Counted from the first letter of the stretch, positions 1 through 14,638 are shown. The stretch: DNA of 64,000 bases from Trichoplax sp. H2 (GCA_003344405.1 NOWV01000003.1:558001-622000), one strand, 5' to 3'. Program-made: numbers and translations. Notes: generated by a model not told the origin, from the sequence alone.

Positions 1-3000
1 GTGAAGAGTTTTAGCACCGAGTCATCACGTTCCTCTTCTCCAACACGCCGGCCAGGCTTGCAAGCGCCTAAAGGAGTTGGAGAGATTAAAAAGCCAGTGA
101 CCAGTGGATTAAAAGCCCCTATACCCAAAACTAGTAGTAATAAAGCCAATACTCAAACAGTCAAAAAATCTGCAAATGCAGGTCTAGCGAAGCCGAAAAC
201 GAAAACTACCGAGGTTGCTCAGCCATCGAAGAAGGCCGTGCCTAAACTAACTTCTAGTCTTTCAAAACCTAAAGCAGCAGGTCTCCATCAAAGTGGACAT
301 TTACAATACGGGGGTTCTTCAGCGGGTACAGCTCATAACGCAAGCCGTAGTCAATCAAGTTCGCATCATGTAACTGGCACAGATGTTACGAGACGACCAC
401 AAACATCTTTATTTAAGAAGTCAACGTCAACTGCTTCACTATCTGGTGTTGAGGGATATGAAATTGGTGATCGTGTGATGACTAGTGGTAATAAACTAGG
501 GACAGTATCTTACGTTGGGAAGACCCAATTTTCATCCGGCATGTGGATTGGTGTTACTTTAGATGAACCGCTCGGTAAAAATGATGGCTCGGTATCTGGA
601 GTTGAATACTTCCGCTGTGCACCTAAGTATGGCATTTTTTGTCGACCTGAAAACGTTGAGCCTGATCGAACATTTGTTCTGAGACCATCTAGTCGGGTTA
701 GTTCAATGTCGAGTTTAATTAGTGGTATGGAAAGTATTGCCGAAGAGGCCAACGCAGAGGTTACTGTTGGAGATCGTGTTATTGTCTATGGCAAGACAGG
801 AACTCGTAAACAGGGTACCTTAAGATATCTTGGTAGCACCATATTTGCTTCTGGTGAATGGGCAGGTGTAGAACTAGATGATGCTTCTGGAAAGAATAAT
901 GGCGCTGTTTCGGGAACTAGGTACAGTAAGATGATTAATATCAGGATTATGTAATGAAATGTTTCCTTGAAATCTAATTTATCAATATTACAAAAGGGCA
1001 ATATGTTATCTAGTGTATAGTTAACGTCGATTTTTACGTTATTTGCGTATGATTATGATTATAATTATATTTATTATTAATGTATTAATTAAATTAGGCA
1101 CTAAAATTAACGATACGAATATATGTTAGTTACTGCTTACAGTCGCAAACAAGAAAAAATTAATTTGAGATTGAGTAGACTTCATCAATATAATTGTATT
1201 TAAATTTAATTTAATTTGCGTAGATCTCTTTGCCATACAGTATATAGCTGTAGCTTTAATGCTAGTTATCATAAAGAACTAGATAATTACTATCATAAAA
1301 CATAATAATGCTATTTGCAATTATCTTTTAATGCAGATATTTCATGACGAAATTAGATTCTATTTGTTCATATCGATATATTGTATCTTTACTTTTTCTT
1401 TACTTATTCCTTAATTAAGGTATTTTACATGTCCTCCTAAACATGGTTTATTCGTGCCTTCACATAAAGTCGCTCCAATTCCGGTTGATGATGTCGATGA
1501 CTTTCCACCAGATGCGGGCAATATTAGCGGTGATAGAGATAATGATAAAGAGATGATAGAACTAGAGCAACAGTTGTTACAGCAACAATTTGAGTTACTA
1601 GAACAACAGATGATTGAAGAAGGGGATAGCGATGAACATTCAAATGGCCCAAACCTGAAAGAAAGTGATGAAAATAGTAACGTTTTAAAGGATAATACAC
1701 AAGTAAATCTTGAGCCCATTGACACAAATCCCATAGATACTGACGCTGATTTCGAAGCAATTGAGAAGCAAATTAATGAAAGTTTACATATGAACGAAGA
1801 GAATAACAAACTAGTTTCACCTGCGCAACCGCATATTGATAGCAGTGTAGAGCCGATTGCGAATATAGAAGATCAATCGCCAATCGAGAGTGGTACCGAA
1901 AATACAGTATCTAACCAATTAGATAACAATGTCGATGGGGATTATCTTAACCTTGAAGAAGCCGTAAAAAGTATTGATGAGATTACTAAACCATATGAAG
2001 ATGATAATTGGGTGACTGGTAGTAACGATGGGAACTCACTTGAATCGGATTCTGTTAAGAATAAAGAAATTATTGAGGAAGCTGGGAATAAAGATATTAC
2101 GGATAACGTTATTGATGAAGCTTTCGACAGTGATAATAAGAATCTCATAATTAACTTGGATGGTATGTTTAAACAAATAATAAACTTAAAAAAAGTTATC
2201 TTACGGACCGACCTATTAGATAATGAAGAAGATATTCGTAATAAGCAGAATCTCTGGGTTGATATCTTGGTTAATGCAATCGATGAAATCAATGAACTAC
2301 GATCTCGAGAGGATGGCAGGTAAGATCGATTGATAAGCCAACTGATTAGCCCTCTATTATCAAGATGTTTTATGATTGTTTACAGAATTGTCAATAACCA
2401 TTTGTTTTATAGACTACGTTGACCACGATATCAAATATTATTTTAAGCTCTCTAAGTTTTTATCTGAATTTAATAGTAGTGAAAAATATCAAGACATTAC
2501 TGAAAATACGGAAAATGATTCAGGAATTGATCGATTGCATAAGATTGAACAGCTGGAGAGAGAGAATAAGCAGTTGGCAGACATGCTGCAGAAAGAAAAA
2601 AGTAGCACCGCTGACGATTTACGCAAATCATTGGACGATGCAGTTCTAAGAATATTTGAATTAGAGAATGAACATGATCAATTGAAGAAAGGCCATGAAC
2701 TTATTGATACTGAACTAAGAAAGTCGCTCGATAAAATGAAAGAAGAAGAAGGAAAGATTAAATCCGCTAATGAACGTATTACCGAATTAGAAGAAGAACT
2801 CAATCAATCTAAAAACGAACTAAATGTATTAAAAATTAAAAGTAAGCAAAATATGATAGATCAACGAGAAGATTTTACAGACAATGAGGAATTGAATTCG
2901 AAAATACCTGAGGATAAAAGAATGTCGTTGATAGTTCACACTGACAGTGAATTAGAAGAATTATCAAAACTGCGAAACAGCTGCCGGTTGCTAGTAATGG

Positions 3001-6000
3001 AGTTGTTATCACAGGATTTAGCGGAACCTAATAATTTAGATGAGCAGATTACTCAAGCATCTGTAAAGATAAGAGATATGAAAAAGAATCAGCACGACGT
3101 AGTATATCAACGCCTCAATGAAGACACTGAAAGTACGTCAAAACCGAATGAAATGCAGCCTCAACAATGTCAAGATACAAACGAGGTCCAAAAATATCAA
3201 TCTGATATGGAAATACAATTAGCTTTGGATTTACAAAATGCGCGATCACAAATTACAAGTCTGCAGTCAGATAATGAAGCTTTGAAGAACCAGCTATTAC
3301 TAAGTAATAAAGAATCTCCTTCAGATGTGAAAGGTGATAATTTAGTATCAGATATTGAAAATGATTTACGAATTCAGATTAGCAATCTCGAAATAGAACT
3401 TGAACTGGCTCATGAGCAGAATCTTACATTGGAAAATGAACGGTACGAATTAAACACCAAATATGATAGCTTAGCTACAAGCGATAATCAAAATGCTGAT
3501 AATGCTTCTGCCGCTAATTCTTTAAGTTATCATAATAAAACGAAAATGATGCAAATGATATCATTTGTCATATCTAATATCGATAAGGCAACATATGAAG
3601 AACCAGATGTTAAAGACTCCATAGCAGCAACGCTGCAGGATATACGTAGGATATTGGAAATTCGAAAATTTGATAATATGGATGATACAGTTAACAATAG
3701 TAATAGCTTATCCTATAGTGTTCAAGGTATTGATAATAGTGCTAACGCTGCTGCGGCTGAAGTAGAGTTATCTGAGAAACTAAATGCTGCTAATAGCCGA
3801 TTAAATGTCTTAGAAGTTGAGTTAGACTATCAAAAGAAGGCATTTGCAGATAAAGAAGTTATTGCAGAAAAAAATAAAATTGAGCTACATTTGCAGTTGG
3901 AAGAAAGTGAAAAACGAATTGAAGAAGTAAATCTTCAACGCTTGGAACTAGAAGAAAGTCTTGCTAAGGTGCATCACGAATTAAATGTTTCAAAATCGAA
4001 GGAAATCGACTTGTTGGCAGACGAAAAGTCAATACAACAAATTATGACTTCTCTAGAAGCTGAAGTAGAAGGACTAAAAATAGATCTAAATGTTGCTAGG
4101 CAAAGCGAAGAATTAGCGAAAGAAGAAAATGCGAAGACTTTGAAAGCACTTGAACAAACAGAATATGACTTACAAAGTCAAGCAGATGAAGCTGAAAGCC
4201 TTCGCAAAAACTGTTCAGACTTAACACGGTCATTAACAGATATACAGGAAAAAGTGTTAGAGTTGCAGCTCGCAAGAGATAATATCATTAACGAGTATAA
4301 GGTAGAAAAGGATAAATACGAAGATTTAGAAAGAACAATTGATGATCTGCGGGAATCTTTGCAAAGTGTAGAAGCGGATAAAGAAAATATTGAGAATGAT
4401 AAATTGCGTATTGAAGAACTAGAATTATTGCTATCTAGGAAAGAGGACGAATACAATACACGAATATCGACTCTAACTTCAGAGAAAGATCAAGCCCTAG
4501 AAGTAATTAATACTTTACAGATTTACGAAGAAAATAGTGTCGAAGCTGCTAAAAAATTAACTGAAATTCAGGAAGAGTATGAAGCTGCTATAATGAAAAT
4601 AACGGCTTTAACAGAAGAAAATGATAGTTTGAAAGCACTAAATATTACCGTTAGTGAACAAAAGGAAGCCATCTCTGAATATGTTAAACTTATAGCTGAA
4701 CGAGAATCAGAAATAAACGCTACCAAATTAGTCATTGGGCAGGAAAAGGAATCAGTTAATCAAATGCAGATTGCCTTGGAAAGTATGGAAAATGATAAGA
4801 AAAATATGTTGGCAGCCCATGAACAAGAGAAATGTAATTTACAGCAGTTACTTGACGATAATGAAATTAAATTACGAGACAGTGAACAAGTTTGTGAGGA
4901 TCTTACACTTCAATGTGAAGAACTAGAAGATAAATTGAAAGAGGCGTTAGAATGTGCTCAACGAAGCCTTCATGAGGTAGATGGCGCCCGAGAAGACATA
5001 TTAAATCTGAAGAAAACTACAGAAGATTATCAACAACTGCGCCTTTCTTATCAAGAACTTACTCATAGAGTCGTAGACCTGGAAAATGAAAAGTTGCAAA
5101 TCACGACTAACTACGAAGAGCGTATTAAGGAGTTGCAAACTTCACTTCATAAAACCCATACCAAAATGAATGAAATCACCGATAACCAAGTAGAAATTGA
5201 AAGTGATCGTAACTTGTTCCTAAAAAATGCTTTAGAAGAATCCAATTCGAAAGCGAAGTCACTGGAAATTGCTTTGGAATATCAAGAAGCTCAGTCTGCC
5301 GAATTATTAGCAGTTCGTGAAAAGCTAATTCATGAATTAGAAGCTTCACGCAAAATGATTGATGAGCAGAAACAAATCAAAGAAAATTTAAGCAAGTCGA
5401 TAAATGAACTATCTAATAATTACGACCAATTGAAAGATCAGTCTAGCAATTTCACTTTATCCCAGCAGGATCGCGATAGTAAATTGAACTTATTACTTGA
5501 AGAAGCACACACTAATTACTCACTTCTTGAAAAAAATTACGATGAAGAAAGGAAAAAAAACAGCAAACTGGAAAGTACTCTCAACACTGTTAATAATAGA
5601 ATTGAAGAGTTACGGAACATGCTCGATGAAAGAAATAATAGAATTGTTGACTTGGAAACGTCACTGCATGTTAGCATAAAAGATTTAGAGGTATCTGTAA
5701 ATAAGCAGATGTTAGCTCAGCAGTCAAATGATTTGTTAAATGAGCGACTTTCCATGCAAGAGGCGAAACTGAAACATATAAGCATCGACAAAACTAAGTT
5801 AGAGGAAGAATTAAGTCAAATTTTGGAGCAATTGCGTAATAAAGGCATCGCTCTGCTAGAATCTCAGCAAGTTGTTAGTGAACTGTCTCAGCAAATAGAC
5901 CATCTAAAAACGCAGTATACCGATCTCGAAAATCATAGTAAGTTAGAAGAGAACTCGGCAGTTGAAGAATTATCTCGCAAAGTTACCAGTTTACAATTAC

Positions 6001-7559
6001 GATTAAAAGAAGTCGAAGGCAAAAATGAAGTTTTAACTGAATCGCTAAATGCAAAGAACGCCCAGCTCCATGATGTTGGAAACAAACTATTGGATAAGGA
6101 AGAAGTCATTAACGGATTCAAAGATCATGTAAACGAACTGAATTTGAAGCTTGTTGAAGCAGAAGAGGGAAGAAAAACGTTGCTGACACAGTCTTCGCAG
6201 TTGCGAGATTCATTGCAAGATATAACGAAAGAGAAGGAGTTAGCAGCTGCGAAGTATGCTGAACTAGTTAGTTCCTCAACTTTAACAGCAAGTGAACGTG
6301 ACTTATACGTACAAGCGTTAGATAAAGTGAACACATTGACGAATGAGAAGGTGGTAGCTGAACAAATGTACTCAGATTCATTAAATGAACGAGATAAAAC
6401 AATTGCCGAACGCGATTACATGCTAATGCAGAAAGACAATGTAATTAGAGAAAATATGGCAGCTTTAGTTGATGCGAATGCTGCTAAAAATCGATTGGAA
6501 GTTGAATTGAAAGGTAATGAATCGTTAAAAGAGGAAATAGATACTCTTAGAAGTCTTTTACAACAGTCTGAGGAAGATATGATTGCAATGAAAAAGCGAA
6601 GTAATGAATTGAGAAATGAATTAGAGACGGCTGATAATCGATGTATGGAAATGGACATAAAGAAGACGTCAATATGCGAACAAAAAATTGCTTTGCAAGA
6701 AAGAGTTGAAATAACGGATAGAAAATGCGCTGACTTGGAAAAGTCCTTGAAGGAGGCCAGTGAACAATTACAAGATTCTCATTCGCAAATTGAAACGTTG
6801 CAAGAAAAGAATGAGATATCTATACAGAAATTGAAAATGATGGATATTAACATTAACTCCTTGAAAGAGCTAGAAAATAAGGTACACGAACAAGATATAG
6901 TAATTGAAGAACTAACTGCAACACTGCAGTCATATAAAGAAGAAACTACTGTTTTAAAAACGAAAAACGATGATATTTTGCAAGAGCTATCAAATTTCAG
7001 TGCCTGTAAAGAAGAAAATAAAACCCTATTGTCTCAAATAGAGACTTTAAATCAGAAAATTTCTAAACAGTCAATTTCAGTTGAAAAAAAATCATCGAAT
7101 GAACATGATATTGCTATTGAATCATTACAGGATGAATTAGAAGATGTAAGAGAAGAAAAGGAGAGTTTGGAAAAGCAAGTAAACTTTCTAAATGATGTTA
7201 TTGTGGATATGCAAAAAAAAATAGTGGACGCCTCAGACAGTATTCAAAAATTGGAAAAGAAATTAGTGGAAAAAGAAGCAAGCCATGACATAACTAAAAA
7301 TAAATCTCCGCTTGGCTCACCAAATTTCAGCAAGAAAGGGAGGCCTTCGGAACGCCCATACTGCAGCTTTTGCGAAGTATTCGACGCTCACAGCAGCGAC
7401 AATTGTCCGAAGCTAGATAGTAGTTCGCTCTCTAGTTCGCCGCGTAGATATAACCGATTTAGTAGGTTTAGTAGTTCAAGTAATGATTTTCTTTTCTGTG
7501 ATATTTGCGGTCAATCTGGACACAGCGCTGAAAACTGTGACGATGATACCATATTCTAG
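1..7559 (+). CDS. CLIP1: CAP-Gly domain linker protein CLIP-170/restin-like, probably 5'-partial. Exons ~1-920, 1420-2319, ~2477-7559
   Basis: Two CAP-Gly domains ([37 protein letters not shown], joined across GT-AG intron 921-1419). Basic Ser/Pro N-terminus with SGLKAP. ~1600-aa coiled coil. Two C-terminal CCHC knuckles ([29 protein letters not shown]) and an acidic-aromatic end DDDTIF like the CLIP-170 ETF tail. Acceptor at 2477 chosen for phase compatibility. Confidence 0.92.
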
Positions 7560-10112
7560 TACCGTATTGATTAGTATCCAAATGAAATTGTAAATTAGTG
7601 TGATGTATTATTATAACTAATATTTAATTTCTTAGAATTATTATCTTAATTAATAGCTATAATCTGTTTATATGTTGCTTAAAACTATTGAAACAGTATT
7701 CGCTTTTTAGATCATTTATGTTCAATATTATTTAAAATGCTGCAAAGATCTGAGATATAAATTGATTTAAAATAGGATAATAGACTCTACTAGTGCATCG
7801 TAAACATATTTTGCAAAAATGCTATACTGTATCACCGAACCGTTTTATAGAATATTGATCAATAAGCCCTCTAAATTATTATTGTCTTCAGTTTATGATG
7901 TATTTTTGGTTAGCGAAATGCTACGAAAAATGTTATTGTATTCATTATTATAAAACCTGACGGAATCATAAATTTTCTAACTGCATAATTTCTGATAGTA
8001 AATATTCCTTATTAAATTTGTGCTACGATTCACATTGGCGTGGATATAACATAATTTTTGATCATGATCTGAAATTTAGTTCTTTTGGTTGCAAGTTAGT
8101 ATGTAGTATTTGCGTAAACTTTGTCTTTCTACTAATAATCTTTTATATGCCTGTATTAATTGCTAAACAGATTAATGTTTATATGATTGTGTATAGACAT
8201 ATATGCTATACTGTATATGTATCTTATATTATCTATATATATTTATATATATGTACGAGTAGATGTGACTATTTTAAAATATACCTTCTCCAAAATCACA
8301 ACTGTACGTGTTGTACCCACAGTATACAAACCGTTGAAAGGTACAGCACTGATAATTATATAATCTGTGTAAGCTATGACTAGAAGCGATCTAGAAATAT
8401 AAATATCCAATATTTATGATGTAAAAAGTTTTAATACACAATTTTAGAATTACCTTATACATCTATAGTTTGTTCATTTTATTCTGTTCCGTATGACATT
8501 GTTAAAACAGCGTTCTTACCGCAAATAATACATTACAGTGCTATTATTGTTATTAATACTAGTTCACTGTTAAATCTCATTTTAATTTTATGAAAGCCTA
8601 AAATTGATATGATTTATAGTACTTCTTGTATCTTTGCGTAATAATTTTCGTATTGCCATTTCTTGTAAGTGAATTTCCTACCTACTGTATTACGTACAAA
8701 ATTGCATAATGGTTCAATAAAATTGAAATTAGAAAAAAGTTCTTTACGGTTGTTGGGTACTTGCCCTGATATCCAAAGCTTATACCTTCTCAAATCAGTA
8801 TTGTGAGCGTTGACATCTTTCTTAGAAATAGTAATAACCCGGTGCTCATGGTCTACGCTCTGACGATTGATTGTACAGATCATTTGCTTAAGAATTGTTG
8901 CCACAATAGCGCTTAATTCAATTCTACATTCACGGTAATTACTCGCACATCTTATAAAATTATATCAATTTTATGTATTTATATTTTCTATCGCAATATA
9001 GCGCATAAAAATACCACGAATTTGATATCGATTGCATGCTATACAGTATACGGTATACAGCGGTTAACTCTTAAAAATATGACAAAAGTTTTCTCTTACA
9101 CGCATAAGAAATCAAATATGGAATACTTTTCGCTTATTTTATGATGCTGATGTGATACGCACATGAATACTATTTAACATACTGTGCATATAGGTTACAG
9201 TAGTTGCTTTACAGTATCTCATTTACGAGGATGGTTGTGACAATATAATCAATTAGAAGCCCTAGTAAATCCGTCATGGATTAGGAATGGATGTGGTATA
9301 TCTTTATACTTTAGTAATCATTTCTGGCTCAGGAAATAGTATTTCGCACCACCAGATACTGTATTAAGTTTAAGGAAGTTAATAATCGTCTTAGATAATA
9401 AACAAATTACAGTTATAGCTTTTAGTGTTTGATCCTAATATCATTCGCGTGTAACCAAGAGTGACTTACAATCAATTTACACCTATGCGAACAGTATTCT
9501 TTCTAGATTTAATCCTTCAAGCATATGCCGATTAATTATGTTATCATAAACTTAATTGGCAAAGCTATCGCGCTTTACCGAATTTTAAAACATGACTTGC
9601 TTATAACCAAGAGCAGTCTCAAATAGGAGATAAACCATTACGCTTATATTAAGGTAAAGAAGGACATATTTTAAATTTTTTTATAACTACAGGAAATAGC
9701 TATTTACATTTATATTTCATCATTACTATATCGTGTAAAACAATTTAGTGAAATATTCGCAAACAAAACAAACCCAAAGGTAGTAAACTTGGTCAGAATA
9801 GTATATGCTGAAGTAAGGAAATCTTGTTAATTTATTTCATATTATACAACTTAAACTATTACATAAAAAGATAGACCTACAAATTGGCCGATTAAATTAG
9901 GTTTTTGAAATATACTCGTATGCAGTAGGTATTCCGATAGAAATGGAAATGGTATATCGCTCTTTTGGCAGATATTTTGTTCTGCAATGATAGTTTGTAA
10001 ATTAGCAGTCATCCTTCTATTAATCTATGATACAGGATCAGTCCAGAATGAGCACAAATCGATGCATTATTTACCTTTATTAGTAATAAATAACGTAGTA
10101 TATCGTTAATAT

Positions 10113-10953
10113 CTAATCATTATCCTTCTTTTCTCTCACAGCAGCCTAAGAAATCATGCGAGTTATAAGATAGGCATTAGTAACAAAAGCGAAGCTTGAA
10201 TATCAAAATAAGATATTGCATGTATAACTCTAAAAGCTGTATCCAATGATTAAATCCTGTATCATTCTATTTAGGGCTTAATTGCCATATTAACCTTAAA
10301 TCGGTCATCTAGAACGTTCAATTCGGATATTAGGTCAGTAAGAGCATTCGAGAATGCCTCTTCAGGCGAATAATTTGAGGTGGTTTGCACTCGTATTACT
10401 ACATCGTACTCCAATGGGTGAGGCACTTTATAACCAGCGAAGATAACTTGTGGATCTTTAAGTAATTGCCTAAGTTGTATTACATAGAAAGCCATTTAAG
10501 TGATTGACTCTATGACCAAGTAACTTCATTTCGGTTCACTATTTTACACTATTTGCTAGCTATTAATTGGATTAGCAGAATATCACAGACCACGCTACGA
10601 CAAAAGTACAGAGTAAATTGTTTCGACTTACGCTCTAATAATATTGCCTAAAGTATGATCTTCTTTAGCAATCGTGAAATGGCAGGCATTCGGAACTTTG
10701 GTATCCTTAGTAATTGTAATTCTAAAAAGATTTGATAAGCAATTGGTTAATAATAATTACTTATTCTATGTTTTAAGAAATTCGGCCCTCTGTGTTGTAC
10801 TATAATTTGATGTTAAACGAGAACTGCGTGGTAAATTAATCACTGTAGAAAGATCATATAAAGAGTATATGTATAAGTAACTTCAGGTAAAAATTATTAC
10901 TTCTTCTCATCAGGTAGTAAAAGGAAATGTTCGAAAGGTGCCGGGGCATTCAT
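10113..10953 (-). CDS. POLR2J: RNA polymerase II subunit RPB11. Exons 10953-10901, 10721-10632, 10469-10295, 10145-10113 (116 aa)
   Basis: Spliced translation [68 protein letters not shown]... matches RPB11. All introns are GT-AG and in phase. Confidence 0.97.
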
Positions 10954-11122
10954 TTCTACTTAATCAGGCTATTTAGATCTTTTCCTTCCTTTCGGTAACT
11001 CTAAAATGCCCGGAATTCTCAGAAGCCTGAACGAACTTTCGAAATATCCGAATGCGAGTGGATCGACGCTTTCTACAGTACATGCACTCTCAAACCGTAA
11101 ATCACGAAGAGACTGCATTCTC

Positions 11123-11273
11123 ACTGTACTGTACTGTACAGTATTATGCTGTACAGTACAGTACTGAAGACCATACTGTACTGTAGTGCATAGACGCACG
11201 ATATCATGCAGCACTGTACTGTACACTCTACGTACTGTATTGTAAATACTATACAGTACTGTACAGTACAGTA
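11123..11273. repeat. Degenerate (ACTGT/ACAGT)n pentamer tract in the divergent POLR2J-EMG1 promoter region
   Basis: Dense tactg/tacag units directly visible. Confidence 0.85.
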
Positions 11274-11946
11274 TTTCAATAGGATTGTATAGAGCACTGC
11301 TGCTGATCAGTGTTAAGCTGGTAGTAGCAAGTAAACTCGAATCAGCGACCAACAGCAAGCAACGCTGCAGCTCTAAAGAATTGCAAAGCAGTCTCCAAAT
11401 ACTGGTCATTCCGAATTCTAGATACCTCTTTATATTCATTTTAATATCTTACCAGGCTTCAGATTGTGATGTATTAATATTAAACGTATTATAAATCCAA
11501 AATTTCCAGCATTCAAAAGCGAAACCTTCTAATCAATCAATCGAGGAAGAAACGAGAGGTACTGTAGCTAGCTATTCACATAAATAAACTGTGGCGTGGA
11601 GTCCTACTAGATGATGTACTGTATTAGTAGTCTATATTAACAGTACTGTAGTGTCCGTAATCTACGCGTGTACATTAATTAAATAATGTATACGGATATT
11701 GTAGGCGCATGAAATATATCCGAATATACGTCTATGTTAGTAACATATGCACGTAATATTGATTGATTATAATTACCTGCAATATATACTCGTATATACA
11801 GTATATCTGTTATTACAATATCAGACTATCAGTATCCCAAATCCTGGTGCACTTCAATGCTAGATTTCTTTTCTTGCAAACCCGAATCATTAATTTAAAA
11901 TTTTTTGAATATCCTTGCAGTGAAAATAAGTGATTATAAATAGATA

Positions 11947-13907
11947 ATGTCATCCACACGGAGTCGAGACAATGATGATGATGAACAAGAACCTCATCGT
12001 AAAATTCCACGTACTTTGCAACAGCGTGATTCGGATCGACGCTTAATTGTAATTCTAGAAAATGCATCTCTAGAAAGTGTCAAGGTAATAAGATATACAT
12101 GTACTAGCACTTGCACTACCGCCGCCGCTCCTTTTTAATTGGGAGACAATTTAGCAAATTCGATACTTGCACGGACTTTAATTTTACTTATCAATAGTAA
12201 TTGTCGATAGTCCATATACTGTACGTTTATGTGAAAAGCTGTAACTTACTATACTGATTATACTCGTACGTATGTATCTACTGTAGGTTAAAAATAATTT
12301 CGAATTGTTAACTGCTGATCGGCATGCTAATATTTTACGAAAAAGCAAGAGAGATCCTGCCCTATATAGACCCGACATAGCCCATCAGGTAAATAATGAT
12401 AGTGTTATACAAATAATTTTTAAATTGCTATGCGTATTATATCGTATTGTAAGGCTGTTAGTTAAGGCTTATTGATATAAATTATTATAATTGTTATATT
12501 GAGCTCCACCTTACTAGAATCTGAGGTACGAAACATATTCGCATGTGCTATAGTCTTATATAGCGCTCAGAACTGGACTTCATAATCTGTATTATCAAAT
12601 ATTACATAAGTACAATCTTATTTTCTCATACGTTACTACACTATATTCCTCATGCTATCAATATCTGATATACAAACTGGCTCAGATTTACCGCACATCT
12701 GTTGAAAGTTTATAATTAATTGTTGTCATTATTACGCAAAGGCTTATGCTACCATAATTAATCTCATTTTTGCATAAGTTTTTGTCATGATGGATAGCAA
12801 TCCTTATTTGGACATATTTATATTAGCATTTTTTTTTAAAATAAATAACTTTTTTGTGCAATGGTATGATACTAACCCAAATCACATAATTACTTCGGGT
12901 TTCAGTGCTTGTTGATGTTACTAGACAGCCCTCTTAACCGCGCTGGAAACTTACAAGTTTACATTCATACCCAACGCAATGTCCTCATTGAAGTCAATCC
13001 ACAAACTCGTATTCCAAGAACTTTTGATAGATTCTGCGGTTTAATGGGCAAGCCTACTAAATAATTACGTTTATACGTGTAAAATTTTTCATCCTTTATC
13101 CTTTAAGATTAAGAGCCAGTTTTCAATATAATTCTGTATGTGCTTGAATCGGTGAGTCTTTGCTACTGCTAACTATACATTCATTCTCTTTTTTACTTAG
13201 TTCAATTACTGCATAAATTCAGTATTCATTCAGCAGAAGGATCCAAGAAATTACTAAAGGTTGTTTTTAGTAGTGGTAGTAATGAAAATTTTGCTGTTAT
13301 TATCATGGTACTTGGCTAATACAGCGATAAATTTAATTATACTATAATTACATTTGAAGGTTATCAAAAACCCTATTACTGATCATTTGCCTACTGGATG
13401 TCGAAAAATTGGTATCGTACATTGATGTAGTTGATCTACTATAGTAAATTTATTTAAAGAGATCTCAAAATTTTGAGCCATTATAGATTAAGATTCCTTT
13501 AACTTGAAGCTATAAAGTGTATTGCAGTATTTTACTGTATTCTTTTGGTAGGAACTTCTTTTAGCTGCGATAACCTTACTAAAGTTAATAAATTAGTGCC
13601 CCAAGATCAGCCCATAGTTTTCGTCATCGGTGCTATGGCTCATGGCAAAGTGAGTATATCTGAATTAAATTTCAGTTACAAGTATATTGCCGGTATGAGT
13701 TATATGCATTATTCTCATCCGGAGGAAAATAGTTAGCAATTGTAACTACAGTATGAAAAGTTGCACGTTGTATCTATTATTTTACCACTGTAGGTTGAAG
13801 TTGATTACACAGAAGAAGAAATTGCTATCTCTGAATATCCTCTTTCCGGGGCATTAACCTGCGCTAAAGTCTGCAACGCCTTCGAAGATGAATGGGGAAT
13901 ACTTTAG
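11947..13907 (+). CDS. EMG1: 18S rRNA pseudouridine N1-methyltransferase NEP1/EMG1. Exons 11947-12084, 12287-12388, 12906-13047, 13201-13259, 13360-13411, 13552-13649, 13794-13907 (234 aa)
   Basis: [93 protein letters not shown] are SPOUT NEP1 signatures. One intron is GC-AG. Confidence 0.97.
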
Positions 13908-14483
13908 CACTACATTGATGAAGTCTGTTATCACTTTAGAGATATATATGTTTTAAATTCTATAATTAAACGTTAAAAAGCTCACTTAATTTAGTATAAT
14001 TACATAGCGTACTGTGCTCAGGATGGGAAAGTTACTAGTAATACTCATGGGTTATATAATTTAGCGATGTAAATCAGCTTTTTATAATATAAATCCGCGA
14101 CATTCCGTTCACAGAACTATTCAAGCCTAGAATGAGATGCTTTGTACACTGCTTTCCAAAGCAATCTTTATACATGACGTAGTTTTTAATGTCAACTCGA
14201 TTATTAAGATCATATAGATGTTTTGCTAATGTTTATACCACAGCATTAATGTAATTGCTAATACTATTACTGTAGTCTATAAATCTACTATTTGAGCAAC
14301 GATTGGTATTTAAAACCTAAACGTGACATGGCAATTTCATCTTACTAATAAAATCAATTTTATTTTATATTATTTTACACTACTAAAGCTTCCGTACCGT
14401 GCATACCTGTATGTATCCGTCTAACGCAAAGTGTACGGTGTACACCTATGCGCATATACTCGTGGACTGCCATAAATATGAAC

Positions 14484-14522
14484 CAGGGACTTCTAAGATG
14501 AATTTTCTCTTAGAAGTGCCTG
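14484..14522. mobile_element. Ultra-short TIR element (CAGGGACTTC...GAAGTGCCTG)
   Basis: 15-bp inverted repeat with 1 mismatch. Flanks atatgaac/ttatgaat resemble a target-site duplication. Confidence 0.5.
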
Positions 14523-14638
14523 TTATGAATTATGCAGTATAAAGTACGACGTATGTGAGCGAACGAAAGCTATTAATCCCTGTGAAGGCTTACTACTCAG
14601 CTCTAAACAGTAAGCACCAATATTGCACAATGTACAGT

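Noticed and set aside
2376..2476. N-terminal part of the 1727-aa ORF as an independent gene start
   Set aside because: TTG start and intron-like composition; phase fits splicing from 2319 to an acceptor at 2476
510..6658. Several antisense and alternate-frame ORFs within CLIP1
   Set aside because: Shadow ORFs of the long coding exons
10969..11494. ORFs of 156 aa (-) and 69 aa (+) between POLR2J and EMG1
   Set aside because: The longer one is largely a translation of pentamer repeats (YCTVLYS/TVQYST) over promoter/UTR sequence; neither shows recognisable homology
13412..13551. Possible U12 intron in EMG1 (GTATCG donor, TTCCTTTAAC)
   Set aside because: The donor does not match RTATCCTT and the branch-like motif is ~50 nt from the acceptor
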